A model generated the notes under the pieces. It ran no database searches. It saw only the letters and a list, made by a program, of their open reading frames with translations, and was not told where the DNA came from. A stretch of DNA of 64,000 bases from Ginglymostoma cirratum (Eukaryota), in contig JAHRHZ010000024.1 of NCBI GenBank assembly GCA_024137785.1, positions 12,979,895-13,043,894 of the forward strand. Direction: 5' to 3'. Both the position numbers and the translations under genes were made by a program. Below, piece after piece: positions 38,667 to 51,233 of this stretch; the first letter of the stretch is position 1, and each line of letters opens with the position of its first letter.

Positions 38667-39496
38667 ATGTCTACCTCTCATTCGACAATATCCTGGCCGA
38701 CTAGCCACAGGCGTCAATTCCTCTTTAGTGCCCTCCCATCTAATTTGTGGCATAGCAAATCTAGATACATTGCACTCTTACAAAAGGGACTTTTTCAGAC
38801 ATTCTTCATTGTGATTCTGCCCAAATCTAGATGGGATCACAAAGTAGCCACCGTGATCTCTCCACATAATAATTTTATGTGACTAGTTTTAACATTGCAT
38901 CACTGTTTGCCATGATGAATCCTATCATAGTTGATTAGGCTTCTTGTGTTGCAGTATCCGTTTTCTTCAAGATACCTTAGAAAAACACGTTACACCCAAA
39001 CAAAAAAAGCAGAAATGCTTGTCTGACTCCGAACCAAAATACTGCTGAAGTAAACCTGCCTCAATGTCTGGTAGCAAATGATTAAAAAGATGGAATATCT
39101 AAACAGAAATACGACAGTTTTGTCTCTGATTAAACCAGTTTAGCCAGTGCTTGGTACAAAACACTATTTATAACAGTGACAAATCGTGTTATCTTGAGCA
39201 GCAACAGAAGAGAAGCACAGGAAGTTCTCGTTCCTAATAAGACAATTAAACATTGTTATCTTAGTGTGATTCCAGAGTATCCCTAGTGGTGGAAACAGAA
39301 GTGTCATAGATGCAATCTGCAGAACTATGGACATCAAGCTGGTTTGGAATTCTCTTCCAAATTTTAACTTTCATATTGCCAATGCACAAACTTCCTCAAA
39401 ACCTGTTACCCTAGACACTCAGGCAACTTCTTTCAATCAGTCTACCAATGCTATTTGCATTACCCCTTTATGAGGTGCATTTTTCACGAATATTAT

Positions 39497-39839
39497 ATAG
39501 AATCATAGAATCCCTACAGTGTGGGAAAAGGCCTTTCGGCCCATCAAGCCCACACTGACCTGCTGCACAGACCCAGCCTCCTACCCTATCCCTGTAACAC
39601 TGCATTTCCCAAGCTGACCCACTGAACCTACACATCCCTGGGCACTATGGGCAATTTAGTATGACTAATCCACGTAGCCTGCATATTTTTGGACTGTGGG
39701 AGGAAACTGCAGCACCCAGAAGAAACCTTCACAGACATAGGGAGAATGTGCAAACTCCACATAGACAGTTACCCAAGGCTGCAATTGAACCCTGGTCCCT
39801 AGTGCTGTGAGGCAGCATAGCTAACGACGGGGCCACCCC
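39497..39839 (-). mobile_element. HE1 SINE
   Basis: Reverse complement of the 21263 type; atagaatcatagaatccctacagtgtgg tail. Confidence 0.93.
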
Positions 39840-39844
39840 AATAT

Positions 39845-39970
39845 AAATAAAACAAAATGAAAATACTGTGAATATGCTAGAAATCTGGAAAGAAAACAAA
39901 CAGAAGAAAAGTTAGATGTGCTCATGTCAGTAAGACAGAAACCAATGTAACATTTCAAGTCTGTAACCTG
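39845..39970 (-). mobile_element. Old PLE pLTR remnant with tail
   Basis: aaaatactgtgaatatgctagaaatctg...taacatttcaagtc. Confidence 0.45.
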
Positions 39971-40372
39971 GAGAAGATAATGATGGAACAGGTTTTAACT
40001 GTGTAGGGAGACAGGGGGGAAATAACAAAACAGCTCTGTAATAGGTTGGAAGGCAACATAAGAGGAATGGAATAAGAACCAAAACCTCAGTTTGGAGAAG
40101 CTGGCAGTGACAACAGCAGAACCTATTGTTAGTCAAGGAAGAGGAGTAAAGGAGTGATGGTTTATATGTGGGCAAATGGGACAGACACAGTCAAGGACTA
40201 TTAAGGCAAGGGGCATAATAAGATCAGTTAGAATGCAAAGTGAAGACAAGGTAGCTGTGACTTTACAATTGATATAGGGTTTTAACGAATTCCCAGAAAT
40301 GCAAATTAACAAACTGAGTAAAGAAAGAGCAGAGTCAAAGATTGACTATATGAAAGCAACAGAAAGATGGAA

Positions 40373-40478
40373 GGAGCAAATTACTGCAGATACTGGAATC
40401 TGTACTGAAAACAACAAATGGGTCAGACAGCATCCATGGATACAGAGCAAGCTAACGTTTCAAATCTAAATGACACGT
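40373..40478 (-). mobile_element. Old PLE pLTR insertion with 13-bp TSD and decayed hammerhead
   Basis: caga(a/g)agatggaa at 40360-40372 and 40479-40491; minus strand CTGAcgtgtcatttagatttGAAAcGTTagc. Confidence 0.7.
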
Positions 40479-41024
40479 CAGAGAGATGGAAATTGGAAGC
40501 AAAGTTACTGGTGTTATCCAGTTAGAAGCAGGTGCAGAAAATTGCATCAATATAGTCAGCAAAGTACTGGGAAGAGTTGATGGAGGGCCTGACTATAATT
40601 GAAACAATAAAAAATGTATTTACTTGAAGTTCTTTAACATACCATTCAGGGTACATTCAGTATTGTTTCATTGTAGCATTGTACATCTAACTTTGAGACA
40701 CTTTTGAGAGGAGATCTTGCAGCACTGTCATTGCATACCTTACTCTGAGCCAGAAGTTCAGGGTTAAAGTTACATGCCAGAGCTTGTTGGCCACGGAAGA
40801 TAACTGAAGAGTCAATTGTCAGTCTCTCAATGCTTCCAATACATGTAATGAGTGGTGGTAACAGCAGGAGTGGTAATCAACAGTGTCTCCTGGTCAGGCA
40901 TCCAGCAAAGGCAATAGCAAAGCACAGCTCTGCCATGCTCATAGATACGGCACAGTCCAAAAAAGGTCAAAGGCCTAACCCTCATAAATGTGATGAGGAA
41001 AACAGACAGACAGATACTTCTGAG

Positions 41025-41115
41025 CAGCAGATATCCTTTGTATATTGCTGACTGCATTGATGTAATTTTCTGTTCCTGCCTCAAACTGGAAAATGCCAGC
41101 AGATATCCTTTGTAT
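41025..41115. repeat. 19-bp perfect direct repeat around a 53-bp spacer
   Basis: cagcagatatcctttgtat at 41025-41043 and 41097-41115. Confidence 0.9.
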
Positions 41116-41994
41116 CAAAGAATGGGAAACACAGGAAGTCACAAGTAAGTGCCTTATAACAGTTCCTTTTTTTGAATGGCAGGCTTTGAACTACCACAGG
41201 GAGAATGGGTCTGGCTAAACAGATTCAGGACAGGTTAGGGGGCCCTCTATACAGCCAACCTCCACTGCTGGGGCATCAGTACAAACCCCTTATGCACTTG
41301 AAGACGCAAAAATGCTGCACATTATCTTACATTAGAGTGCCTCCTCTACAGGTCCAAGTGGTCACCCAAAACTCAGCAAATAAGGAGGTTATTGCTCGGC
41401 TTCAGGGTCTTTATTTTGCTAAATGAATTTTAAGAATATCTCTATTCAGGGTCTCCTCAACTTTCTTTCTTCCCCACATGTAATGAACAAGCCAGGCTAG
41501 CTGGTCAATTAAGATTTGTTTTCCAGATAACCACACTTGCTGCAGAGGGCTGATTAGCTCAAAATCTTTAATGCCACAGGCATCATCTTGCCATGAACTT
41601 GATCAAAAGATGCTTCAAATTAACCTGCGATCTCCTACTAACAATCTCTCACCTCTCTCAAAATTAAAGACATGCCTGTCAGATGCATTCACCACAAGTT
41701 TAATTACTTCCTGACTCTTATTTAAAAAGCTGAATAATTACCTGGCTAAGAACAGATTGAAGGTTACAGGTAATAACATTAAACCCAGATGATCAAACAC
41801 AAGAAAGTTGCAACTAATGTGCTATTATAATCTCTGAAAAATTCCTACGATAGCCATAATTATTGAGGGTTAAAAAAAACCGGGAGTAATATTAAATAGC
41901 TATCGTGAAATTTTATTCAAATGCGATTGAACATCAGGGAGGAATTTCATCATGTTTTAGCTTATTGCAAGCTGTCACTGTGGGTAGCTAGTCA

Positions 41995-43110
41995 CATCCA
42001 TCATAAGATAGGGACGGCAATGGTCCATTCAGCTTTCAAGCTTCCACTAGATCAGAGTTAATCTTGAGACGAACTCGATTACAATAACTTCATTACATTT
42101 ATTTACATTTTCACTAGGTAAGGACATCAAATCAACGTTGAAAATATCAACTTGCTCTACACATACTGGGTTATAGTGACAAAGGGAAAAGAGCTTCAGA
42201 GTTCCCCTACCCTTACACTCTATAACTGGAAACTTTGCACCTTTGGACAAAGTCTGTCAGTGGCAGAATTTGGAACAAGGAAAACCAATAGACTATGAAG
42301 GCTGGCAGGGCTACCAACTATTGGACAGGATGTCAGCAAGTCTTCAATCGGATTTAGGATCCAGGATAAAGAAGCCGCACTAGCTGTTGGCTAGAGGCCT
42401 GTGGAAAACTGAGGTTAACAATGCTGCAATATTCATTCCTTACAGTCCTCAGCAACATTGGATGCATCGCTGCCCAACCAGGTGAACTACCCACTTTACA
42501 ATACAGCCAGCCTTTCATGCATTTTTAAATTTATGTATCGCTCATTCAGTTTATGAGAAAATTTCTCATTTATCACAACACCCAGAAGTTATCTTCTTTT
42601 GTAATCACTGATGCAAAGTATTCATTCAATAACTCAGCTATGCCTCCTGTTTCCATCAACAGATCTTCAGTTTGATCCCTACTCAAATTCGTTGACAGCC
42701 GCTTTCATGGTGATTTGTCTTTGGAAACATCTAGACTTTGTTTTATATTAGATAACATATAACCAGCCTACCTTCATTTCCACTTTCACTTCTCTGTGCT
42801 TTTTACATTCATTCTGATCTCTCTTGCAATAACTGAGCTTGTGTCTTTCATACATCCCTTATGCTGCTTCGTTTTAGACTTTAATTTCTTCCAATTCGAG
42901 GAAACCTGGCTTTGGTTGGCTTAATTGTCTTTCTGTCAGAGCGAAGCCATTCTGCAGTCAAACTATTCTGTGTTTTTAAAACAGACTGCCTCTTTCTGCT
43001 GGTCAGCTTTTGATGTGATTTACATAAACCAGCTACCTTAGTTAACCAAAATTTGCCTTCCATGACCTAAGCATTCTTATTCTAGATTGTCTCAATTCCT
43101 AATTGTTCCA
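41995..43110 (-). mobile_element. Very old CR1 pieces (tail ~41995-42250; ORF2 ~42550-43110)
   Basis: cataagatagggacggcaatggtccattcagc tail; actgatgcaaagtattcattcaataactcagc parallels 15985-16015. Confidence 0.5.
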
Positions 43111-44369
43111 GTTACATCTTAGGCTCTTACCACTCATACATCATTACCACTAGCTTCATGTCCCTTTCCCAACTCACGGCAAACTACCCATCATGCTTGG
43201 CATTTACACCCTCCATGCCAGTGTCCACCAAAGGCAGACCTCAGGAGTCAAAAAATGAAATGCAGCAATCATTATGTTAACAACAGTCTCCTATTCATGC
43301 AATCTCAGATGTTTCATGTCTTATAAAAGCAAACTTCTGTCCAGAAACATCACATCAAAGGCAGCTGCCCCTTTAAAGGTCTCTATCAATTATTTATCAA
43401 TTTATGAACTCAGGTGACCCCACTGAGATAACTGTAGCTTTTGGTAAACAGTCAAGCATTCATCAATAGCCCTTGGGGAAATAGCTATTGAGACTGATAG
43501 AACCGAGTTTTTTTTTTAAACTCTCACAGACTACTGCAGCCATTACTGTTATTATTTTTGAAAGGTTATTTAAATAGCTTCACATGATGACAGTTAAATT
43601 CAAGAAACTGTATATCTACTCCGTTCCATCAGTTTGTAACTCCTACACCTTGGGATATGTTCCTTGCAGCAGCCAGAACGAACACAACACTCAGTTCCAA
43701 TGACCCTGCTGAGTTTGTGTTTCTCTCCTGTGTGAATCATGTCTTGCTCCTTTCCCCCTACAGGCAAAAATTGGGTCTTTGAAAGACGGGGCAGGACTTT
43801 CACATCTGGCTCTCATCCACCATTTTGAAAGCTTTGTGGAATCTCCACGACTTAATGAAAATTAATGCCATGAAACCAATTATGAAAAATATAAGTATAT
43901 GACACCCAAATAGTATAGCTTCAAGTTTTTTTCAAGTAGTTGTGTGTTGAGTGTTGCCGCACTGTTTCTAGGGTTCAATGCTATCAGTAATCAGTTGTAT
44001 TTTTTTCTCACAAAGTCCTCTGTTTACCAGTATATTTTCTTTCTTCTTTTATTCTGGAAGCCTGAATTCTAGTTTCTCTTCACTGCACCATTTAGGGTTG
44101 GTCCGTGCTACTCACTATGTCGTGGCAGGGGCCCACTGTTCTGCATGGGTTTGTTCAAGCCTGACGTAATCTAGCATGGATGAGGACTGTCACCTTTTGG
44201 TCTAACTGAAAGAATCTTGTTAAGTAAATCATGTAAATTTACAGATTATGGAATATGACCTAGATATGATACAGACTGTTGGGAGCACACTTGCTATAGT
44301 TCTGTTTCCTACAAACTCCATTTTTATTCTGACTAAGAGCCCATGACATCACAATGCATGGTGATTACC

Positions 44370-45000
44370 GCTGGTAACCTTTTCAGACACATATACAATA
44401 TCTACAGGCCCTGCATTAAACTTAATAATTATTAGATTACCTTTCACTGGCACTTCTACCTGATTGGTAACAAACTGGTTAAAACAGTTGTCAGTTTGGC
44501 TCCTCCTACTGAGGCTAGCCATTCTGAAATCTATTATTTCAGCAACTTTGTTGGTTTTCTCCTTTTCAAACTTAACGTCGAAAATGATCACACAATTTCA
44601 TCATTAAATGCATGTTTCTTTACTGTTAGATTATTAGCTAAATCTGTCTCATTAAATCTAATACCTAGCCTGTTCTCTTGTTGGTTCAGAGTATATCACC
44701 CGAGAAAACCATTAAAGCAACTTTGCAATTGTGACAAGCCTCTCTAATCTCAATTAGTGCACTTCACCATTTCCTTGCTGTAATCAGGAGCTCAATTAAT
44801 TTTAAATTACTTTTTGTTGCTCATTTCTAAGTTTTAGTCTTTTTTTTAAACTTAATATCTTGCCTTATTGTCATAATGGCCAATAATTACCATTTTCCAC
44901 CTTTTCAATGACACCAAGTGGTTTTACATACTACAAAGTGTCATGTGTTGAAACCAACCCCTTTATAGCTCCCACTGTTTTGCATGAACTCTTGTTCAGC
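44370..45000 (-). mobile_element. Old CR1 endonuclease-region fragment
   Basis: IIFDVKFEKEK...IIDFRMA matches CR1 (DH..I.F....LDFRKA). Confidence 0.55.
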
Positions 45001-46789
45001 ATGAGATGCTCCTTTCACTTCTTTTGCATGCCCTTATATTTAACGGGCAGCCACCACATGGAGGCTTTTCGAACTCTTCTGGTGTGTTCACATAACAGAA
45101 TTATCAAAGGCACAACATGGTTTCAGCTTTGCAGCAACACAATATTTGTGCAGTATAAATGGATGTCACAGCCCAAACTGACTCTAAAGCTACAACGATT
45201 GAGAGTTAGTGTCTGAATCCACCTTAGGTCATGTCAGGCTTAATTATTTGCTAAAACTGCAGCAACTGTATTGGAGTAGAGTACAGTTGGGAGACACATT
45301 ATGCACAGTTCAAGTTGAACCACATTTCATTCTGAGAGCTACATTTGAAGAATAAGGTTGAAAGCAGTATTTTGACTCAATACTGAAGTCTAATCACAAT
45401 ACTGCTCATATTAAGAATCGCCTCCATGTGAAAAACTTGCCTGTAATTAAAAGGGAACACACAACACAAGTGATCAAATTGTCCCTTTACAATCGACCTA
45501 TTCGTACAGCACTCTAGAATCTTTAAAAGATAACACATTAATTAATTCTCCATCAATTCACTTAGCCAAGAAGTGTTCTCCTCAATATCATGTACATTAC
45601 TTAACCCTGCAATAAATTACCTTTTTTCCAGACAGTTTTGTTGGAGTCTAAGTATCTCATTTACGAGATGCTGTGTACAGTGATAATGGTATTTAAATTG
45701 CACCAAAAGCACTTAGGTTTTCAATGTCAAATATACAAGCGATTATTGACAGTCAAAAAAATTAAAAAAAACATTTTTTATTCAGATGAAATGTGATACT
45801 TTGTAGGTATTTCTCTTTGTAGGTACCTCTCATTAGTCTTCATGATCATTAGTCTTCTCCTACAAACTTTGAAATCCTTTTGTCTAGCTTCTGCAGATTA
45901 AGGTGCTGCCTGCATTCAGCTAATTCTCACAAAGTAGAGTGATCAGAGTTATTACCAACATAGTTTGTGTACCAACATGTAGCCTGGTAATGTATTCAGA
46001 CACAAACAGTAATGAAAGTTTTTTATTGAAGATTTTTTTTTCCAAGCAGTAAACAGCATTCATTGACACATCTGGCCAACCAAAGGATGCTTATATAGCA
46101 ATGGATGGATGGATTTGAAAAAAGTAGTTTAACCACTGTACAGTCCCTTCAGAACAAAGGTTATTTACCATCGTAACAAAAATTATGAAATGCAACACGT
46201 TCACTCCACTAAGCTGAGCCACAAGTGAAATTCACAAATGGAACATTTTTCAGAGTTGTATCAGTCAAGCAACAGGAGGTCAGTTTTAGACAATAATGTT
46301 AACCCATTTTCAAAGCTGGTGCACTTTTCCTCTGCACAACAAGTTCAGTTCTCAGTCCTTTTAACAGTAAACAAAGGTTCGGATGTGGTACAGTTCAGTA
46401 CAGCATTGTAGTGTGCAATAATTTTACAAACACAAAGACCGAGGAGTCAATGATTTTTTGCCATCCAAATAATACATTTCAAATTCCTGTGTCATCAACA
46501 CTGATTTCATGAGTTCGCTTGATTTCATGAGTTCTCCATTCTTTTTAAGAGTTGCTTTCAGCTGCCCCTTTTTCTTTATTTAATATATGAAAAATCACCA
46601 GAAAGGTACCTCAAAATCCAAGACACATTGATGCTAATCAAAAAAGTGCAAATCACATCAGTCTGCTTTCCTAGAAAATTGACTACACACAGCCAACTTG
46701 CAGTTACATAGCAATTTGTATTTAATTCACTTACATGCTTCTCAGTCATGCAATTAATTGTAAAAAGTCACATGACAAATATTAAGTCA

Positions 46790-47190
46790 GGTGAAGTAGG
46801 TTTTCAGAGAGAAGACAAAGGATTAGGCAGGGAATTACAGAGTTTAAATCTGAGCTGCCAAAGGTAAGGCTACCAAGTGATGGCATAACTAACGTCAGAG
46901 GTACATAAGAGTCCAGACTTAAAACAGCAACGTGATCTGAAAGAATTGAGGTGCTGGAAGGGCAAGACCAAGAAGGTATTTGAAAACAAGGATGGGTTCT
47001 TAAAAAAAGAGGCATTGCTGGACCAGGAGTCAATGTAGGTCGGCCGCAGGGACAATAGGTGAATGGCAGATGCGACAAGTTATAATGAGCTCAAATTTAT
47101 AAAGGTTGAAGATGGGAAGCAAGCCAGGAGAGCACTGGAATGATCAAAGGCATGGATGAAGGTTTTGGCAGCAAAATCAATATGAACAGT
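46790..47190 (-). mobile_element. L2 LINE 3' region
   Basis: AAKTFIHAF..SSALLACFPSST..NL matches L2 RT C-terminus (AETLIHAFV.SRLDY.NALLAGLP). Confidence 0.75.
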
Positions 47191-48338
47191 ACATAAGGAT
47201 GTGAAGGAGCCACACATGAAGCAAGTCACAGAAATTAGCACCCAAGCTCTAAACCTAAATATCAGAATCTTAAAATAAACAACCCATACGGCTTTGTTTT
47301 TCATTTCATATGGAACACATTTTGTTTAATTATTTTAAAATAAATATGCTAACGTGAACCCCATCTGGTTCCCATATACTTCATATTAAAAGCACAGCCT
47401 GATGACAATCTGAGCTGCTTACACTAAGTTGGAAAACATAATTGTAACACCACATCTATGGGCTGAGGGAAAATGAAAGCTTGGACCACCTCATTGGGTG
47501 AGAGAGCGAAGACACCAATTGAGCGAGCACTTCAAGCTAATGACAACAGCAATGCTACTAGCACTTTCTGACCAGGCTCTCCACATTCCATAGTTATTCA
47601 ATTACTTTGGTTTTGATGCCAGTATGCTGTATCAAATCTTTGCCATCCCAACCCTGTATTAAATTCAAGGTAAAATCCAAGCATCAACTGGCAGAGACAC
47701 GGCATGAAAACCATGTTAGCAATTCAGCTTGTCATTGTCCTTGGACGAGTCTGATTATGATATACGAAGTTGTCTGTCTAATATTTGTAGTGAAAGTGTA
47801 AAAGAAGAATCTTGAATGGAACTCATACTAGCGGTGCTGCGCAGAACAGGAAGTGAGGCGGTTTGTTGGGAGGCATCGGGGAAAGCCTGCCATTCAGAAG
47901 TAAGTGCATGGGTACAAGAAAGGCAGGTGTGAGAGGTATGCTCGAGAACAGAGCTAGGAACACATGGGCATCATGTGGGTAGGTACAGTAGCATAGGTGG
48001 GTGGGTAACAGAAGAAAGGTGAGGAAGAAATGATCTTGTATACATAGCAAATCAAGTCATACTTCCACCTTAATTCCAAGTTAAAGAACATCTTTGTGAC
48101 TTCTCCTATTTTATACAACAGCTGGTCTTATAGTCCATCAGAGATTGTTACTTTAACATTCATTATTTCCTGCTTACACATAGTTTTGTGCAGTGGGATG
48201 AAAAATATTTGCAATTGAAAGTCAGTGTTATCTAAATACATTTGTGGTAGGTCAAGCTCCAACTGCAAAAGATGGGATTTCCAACCACTCAGCAGGGGAC
48301 GGATTCATACCAACCACAACACAAACCAACAAACAGTG

Positions 48339-48425
48339 AAGGGTTTAGGCCCGAAACGTCAAGTTTTCCTGCTCCTATGATGCTGCTTGACCTGCTGTGT
48401 TCATCCAGCCCCATGCTTGTTATCT
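48339..48425 (+). mobile_element. Young PLE pLTR micro-insertion (87 bp), 13-bp TSD, truncated inside the hammerhead core
   Basis: ccaacaaacagtg at 48326-48338 and 48426-48438; begins aagggtttaggcccGAAAcGTC. Confidence 0.92.
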
Positions 48426-49664
48426 CCAACAAACAGTGTGTTGATATGTTAAGGTTTAGAATTGATCTACTCCATCAGTGACTGGGGTTAAAACCAACAT
48501 TGTAGGATTTTGCCAGCAAAAGGATTGCTGGGAATTTCAAGCAGTCCAAAGCTTTTCCAAACAGTCATCAATATTGTCTGAGGTGTCTGTATAAAAGCAA
48601 AGTTGAACCGTCTACGTTTTAAGACAGAAGTGGTCATCCTTTTGAAAGTTTCACATTACCATAGCAAGCCAATTGGCTTCAGGGTGACCCCGCACAATGA
48701 GGGTATTTAAAAAAAACACTTGCTATCAGCAGTGAGTCTCTTCTCTTTCAGCTACTATGACAGAGAATCAGCTGTGTCACAGCCAATATATCAAATCATC
48801 ATTGGCGCAGGCTTACGACCAATCAAGAGTGTTTCTCTAACTGGCTCCAAAATGTCAACCATGCAACTTCAGATTTCAATTTCTTCAGTTAAGAAGCAAT
48901 GATCTATTTCCTTGTCTTACTACTAGCTGTTAAGTTGAACGTACATAAAGTCCTAAACCTGTAATAATGACTGAACAACTGAGCTCCTTTTTAAGGATGA
49001 TCAAACAGTACAAAAGCAATTATACTCTCAGACTGCTATGTACCCTGTCCCCATTAAATAAGTCACAGCATCATACTTCAATAGAACTATAGTGAACAGT
49101 GGATGTGAGAATATAACACATGTTCCGGATTGAGGAATTTACAAAAGCTATCCCCTCACCTTTTAAATCATGGTCTAGTTTGGCTAAGGCTTAAAAATCA
49201 ACAAACAGCCAACAGAAGGAGGAAAGGTTTCTGGAGATGTATTTTCTTACTTTTCTGATCCTTTTTTGTCAATTTTAATTTTTATACCTCAGGCTTAACA
49301 CTTCCAGTGATTTTTTTCCAATTTTTTGAAACACGTACTTGCAAAAAATGTCCCCAAATCTTGTAACGTATCTTCAATTTTCAAATAATACGTTTTATTT
49401 GCAAGTCAATCTTTCATGCCTTCTCTGTCACTATCCCTTTCTCCTTCTGCTTAAGTCTATACCATGCAGATGTGCTTGACATTTGTCACATCATCGCTTC
49501 TAATACCTGTTAAATTCATTCTACCTTTCTCATTTTCCCCAACAAGTCTCCTTTTCTCTTGCCTTGAAAAGTCACCATTGCCACATTTTGGAGAAGCGTT
49601 AAGATAAACCACTTCGGGAGGGGTGAAAAGGCACGGGATTACACTATGAATAATAGGACTGTGG

Positions 49665-50300
49665 ATTCCCTGAAGGTGGCAGGGCAGGAAGATAAGGTGG
49701 TTAAGGTGTATATGCAATATCTGCCTTTATTAGCTGATGTATAGAATACAAGAGCAGAGATATTATGTTGGGATTGGATAAAATGCCAATTAGGCCTCAC
49801 TGGAGTACTGTGTTCAGTTCAAGCACAATGTTACAGGAAGGATGTGGTTGCACTAGAAAAGGCTCCAAAGGGATTTCATAGGATCCTGCCTGGGTTGGAG
49901 AGTCTGAGCTACTTGGATGGAGTGGGGTTGTTTTCCTTGGAGCAGCAAACGTCATGAGGGGATCTGATAGAGGAGTATAAGATGATGAGTAGCATAGGAA
50001 ACCATTTGTTCCATTGGTAGAGTGGTTAATAACGAAGGGACTGAAATTGAGTTGGAAGGCCAAATGGAAAATGAGGAGAAATTGCTTCCCTCTGAAGGTG
50101 ATGAGTAGCTGGAACACAATGCCTGAAAGAATGGTTGAGTCAGAAACTTTCATAACGGGTTAAGCAGTATTTCGATATTCACTCGTGCTGCCATAGCTTC
50201 CAGGGCGTTGGTTCAAAATCTGAGAAATGGGATTAGTGCAGACAAATCCTTTTTGACTGGTGTGGGCATGATTGGCCAAATGGTGTCTTTCAGTGGCTGT
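49665..50300 (+). mobile_element. CR1 LINE 3' portion
   Basis: gaatacaagagcag (EYKS), aggcctcactggagtactgtgttcagttc (RP.LEYCVQF). Confidence 0.85.
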
Positions 50301-50740
50301 GAGTCGATTTCCAAATTTTGCTACAGTTATCGTTCTCACCCAAAGCACAAAGCCACAGAATCACATTTGTTATGATGCAGAAGGAGGATATTCAGTCCAT
50401 CATGCCTGCATGAACTCTTCAATATGTACACAGTGCCAATTGCCTGTCTTTTTCCCATATCCCTGCACACTACTTCTATCCAAATAATCATCCAACGTCC
50501 TCTTGAATGCTTCCATTGAACTCTTCTCCACCACATTTCCAGGCAGTATATTCCATTCCCTAACTACTCACTGTATGAAAAGGTTTTCTCTCACATTACC
50601 TTTTATTCTTTTGTACAACACTTCAAATCTATGCCCTTTTTTCTTATTATTTTTAGGAGTAAACAGCTTATCCCTAACTACTCGATACAACCCATTCATG
50701 ATTCTAAAAATCTCCATCAAACTGCCTCTCAGACTTCTTC

Positions 50741-51140
50741 NNNNNNNNNNNNNNNNNNNNNNNNNNNNNNNNNNNNNNNNNNNNNNNNNNNNNNNNNNNN
50801 NNNNNNNNNNNNNNNNNNNNNNNNNNNNNNNNNNNNNNNNNNNNNNNNNNNNNNNNNNNNNNNNNNNNNNNNNNNNNNNNNNNNNNNNNNNNNNNNNNNN
50901 NNNNNNNNNNNNNNNNNNNNNNNNNNNNNNNNNNNNNNNNNNNNNNNNNNNNNNNNNNNNNNNNNNNNNNNNNNNNNNNNNNNNNNNNNNNNNNNNNNNN
51001 NNNNNNNNNNNNNNNNNNNNNNNNNNNNNNNNNNNNNNNNNNNNNNNNNNNNNNNNNNNNNNNNNNNNNNNNNNNNNNNNNNNNNNNNNNNNNNNNNNNN
51101 NNNNNNNNNNNNNNNNNNNNNNNNNNNNNNNNNNNNNNNN
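50741..51140. other. Assembly gap (400 N)
   Basis: Run of N. Confidence 1.
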
Positions 51141-51233
51141 TCAAGCTTTCCTGCTCCTATGATGCTGCTTGGCCTGCTGCGTTCATCCAGCTCCACACCT
51201 TGTTATCTCGGATTCTCCAGCATCTGCAGTACC
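51141..51233 (+). mobile_element. Young PLE pLTR 3' end with tail, abutting the gap
   Basis: tcaagctttcctgctcctatgatgctg...ttgttatctcggattctccagcatctgcagt. Confidence 0.9.

Noticed and set aside
43600-43803. ORF containing IHTGEKH, resembling a C2H2 zinc-finger linker
   Set aside because: No CxxC...HxxxH spacing on either side; chance match
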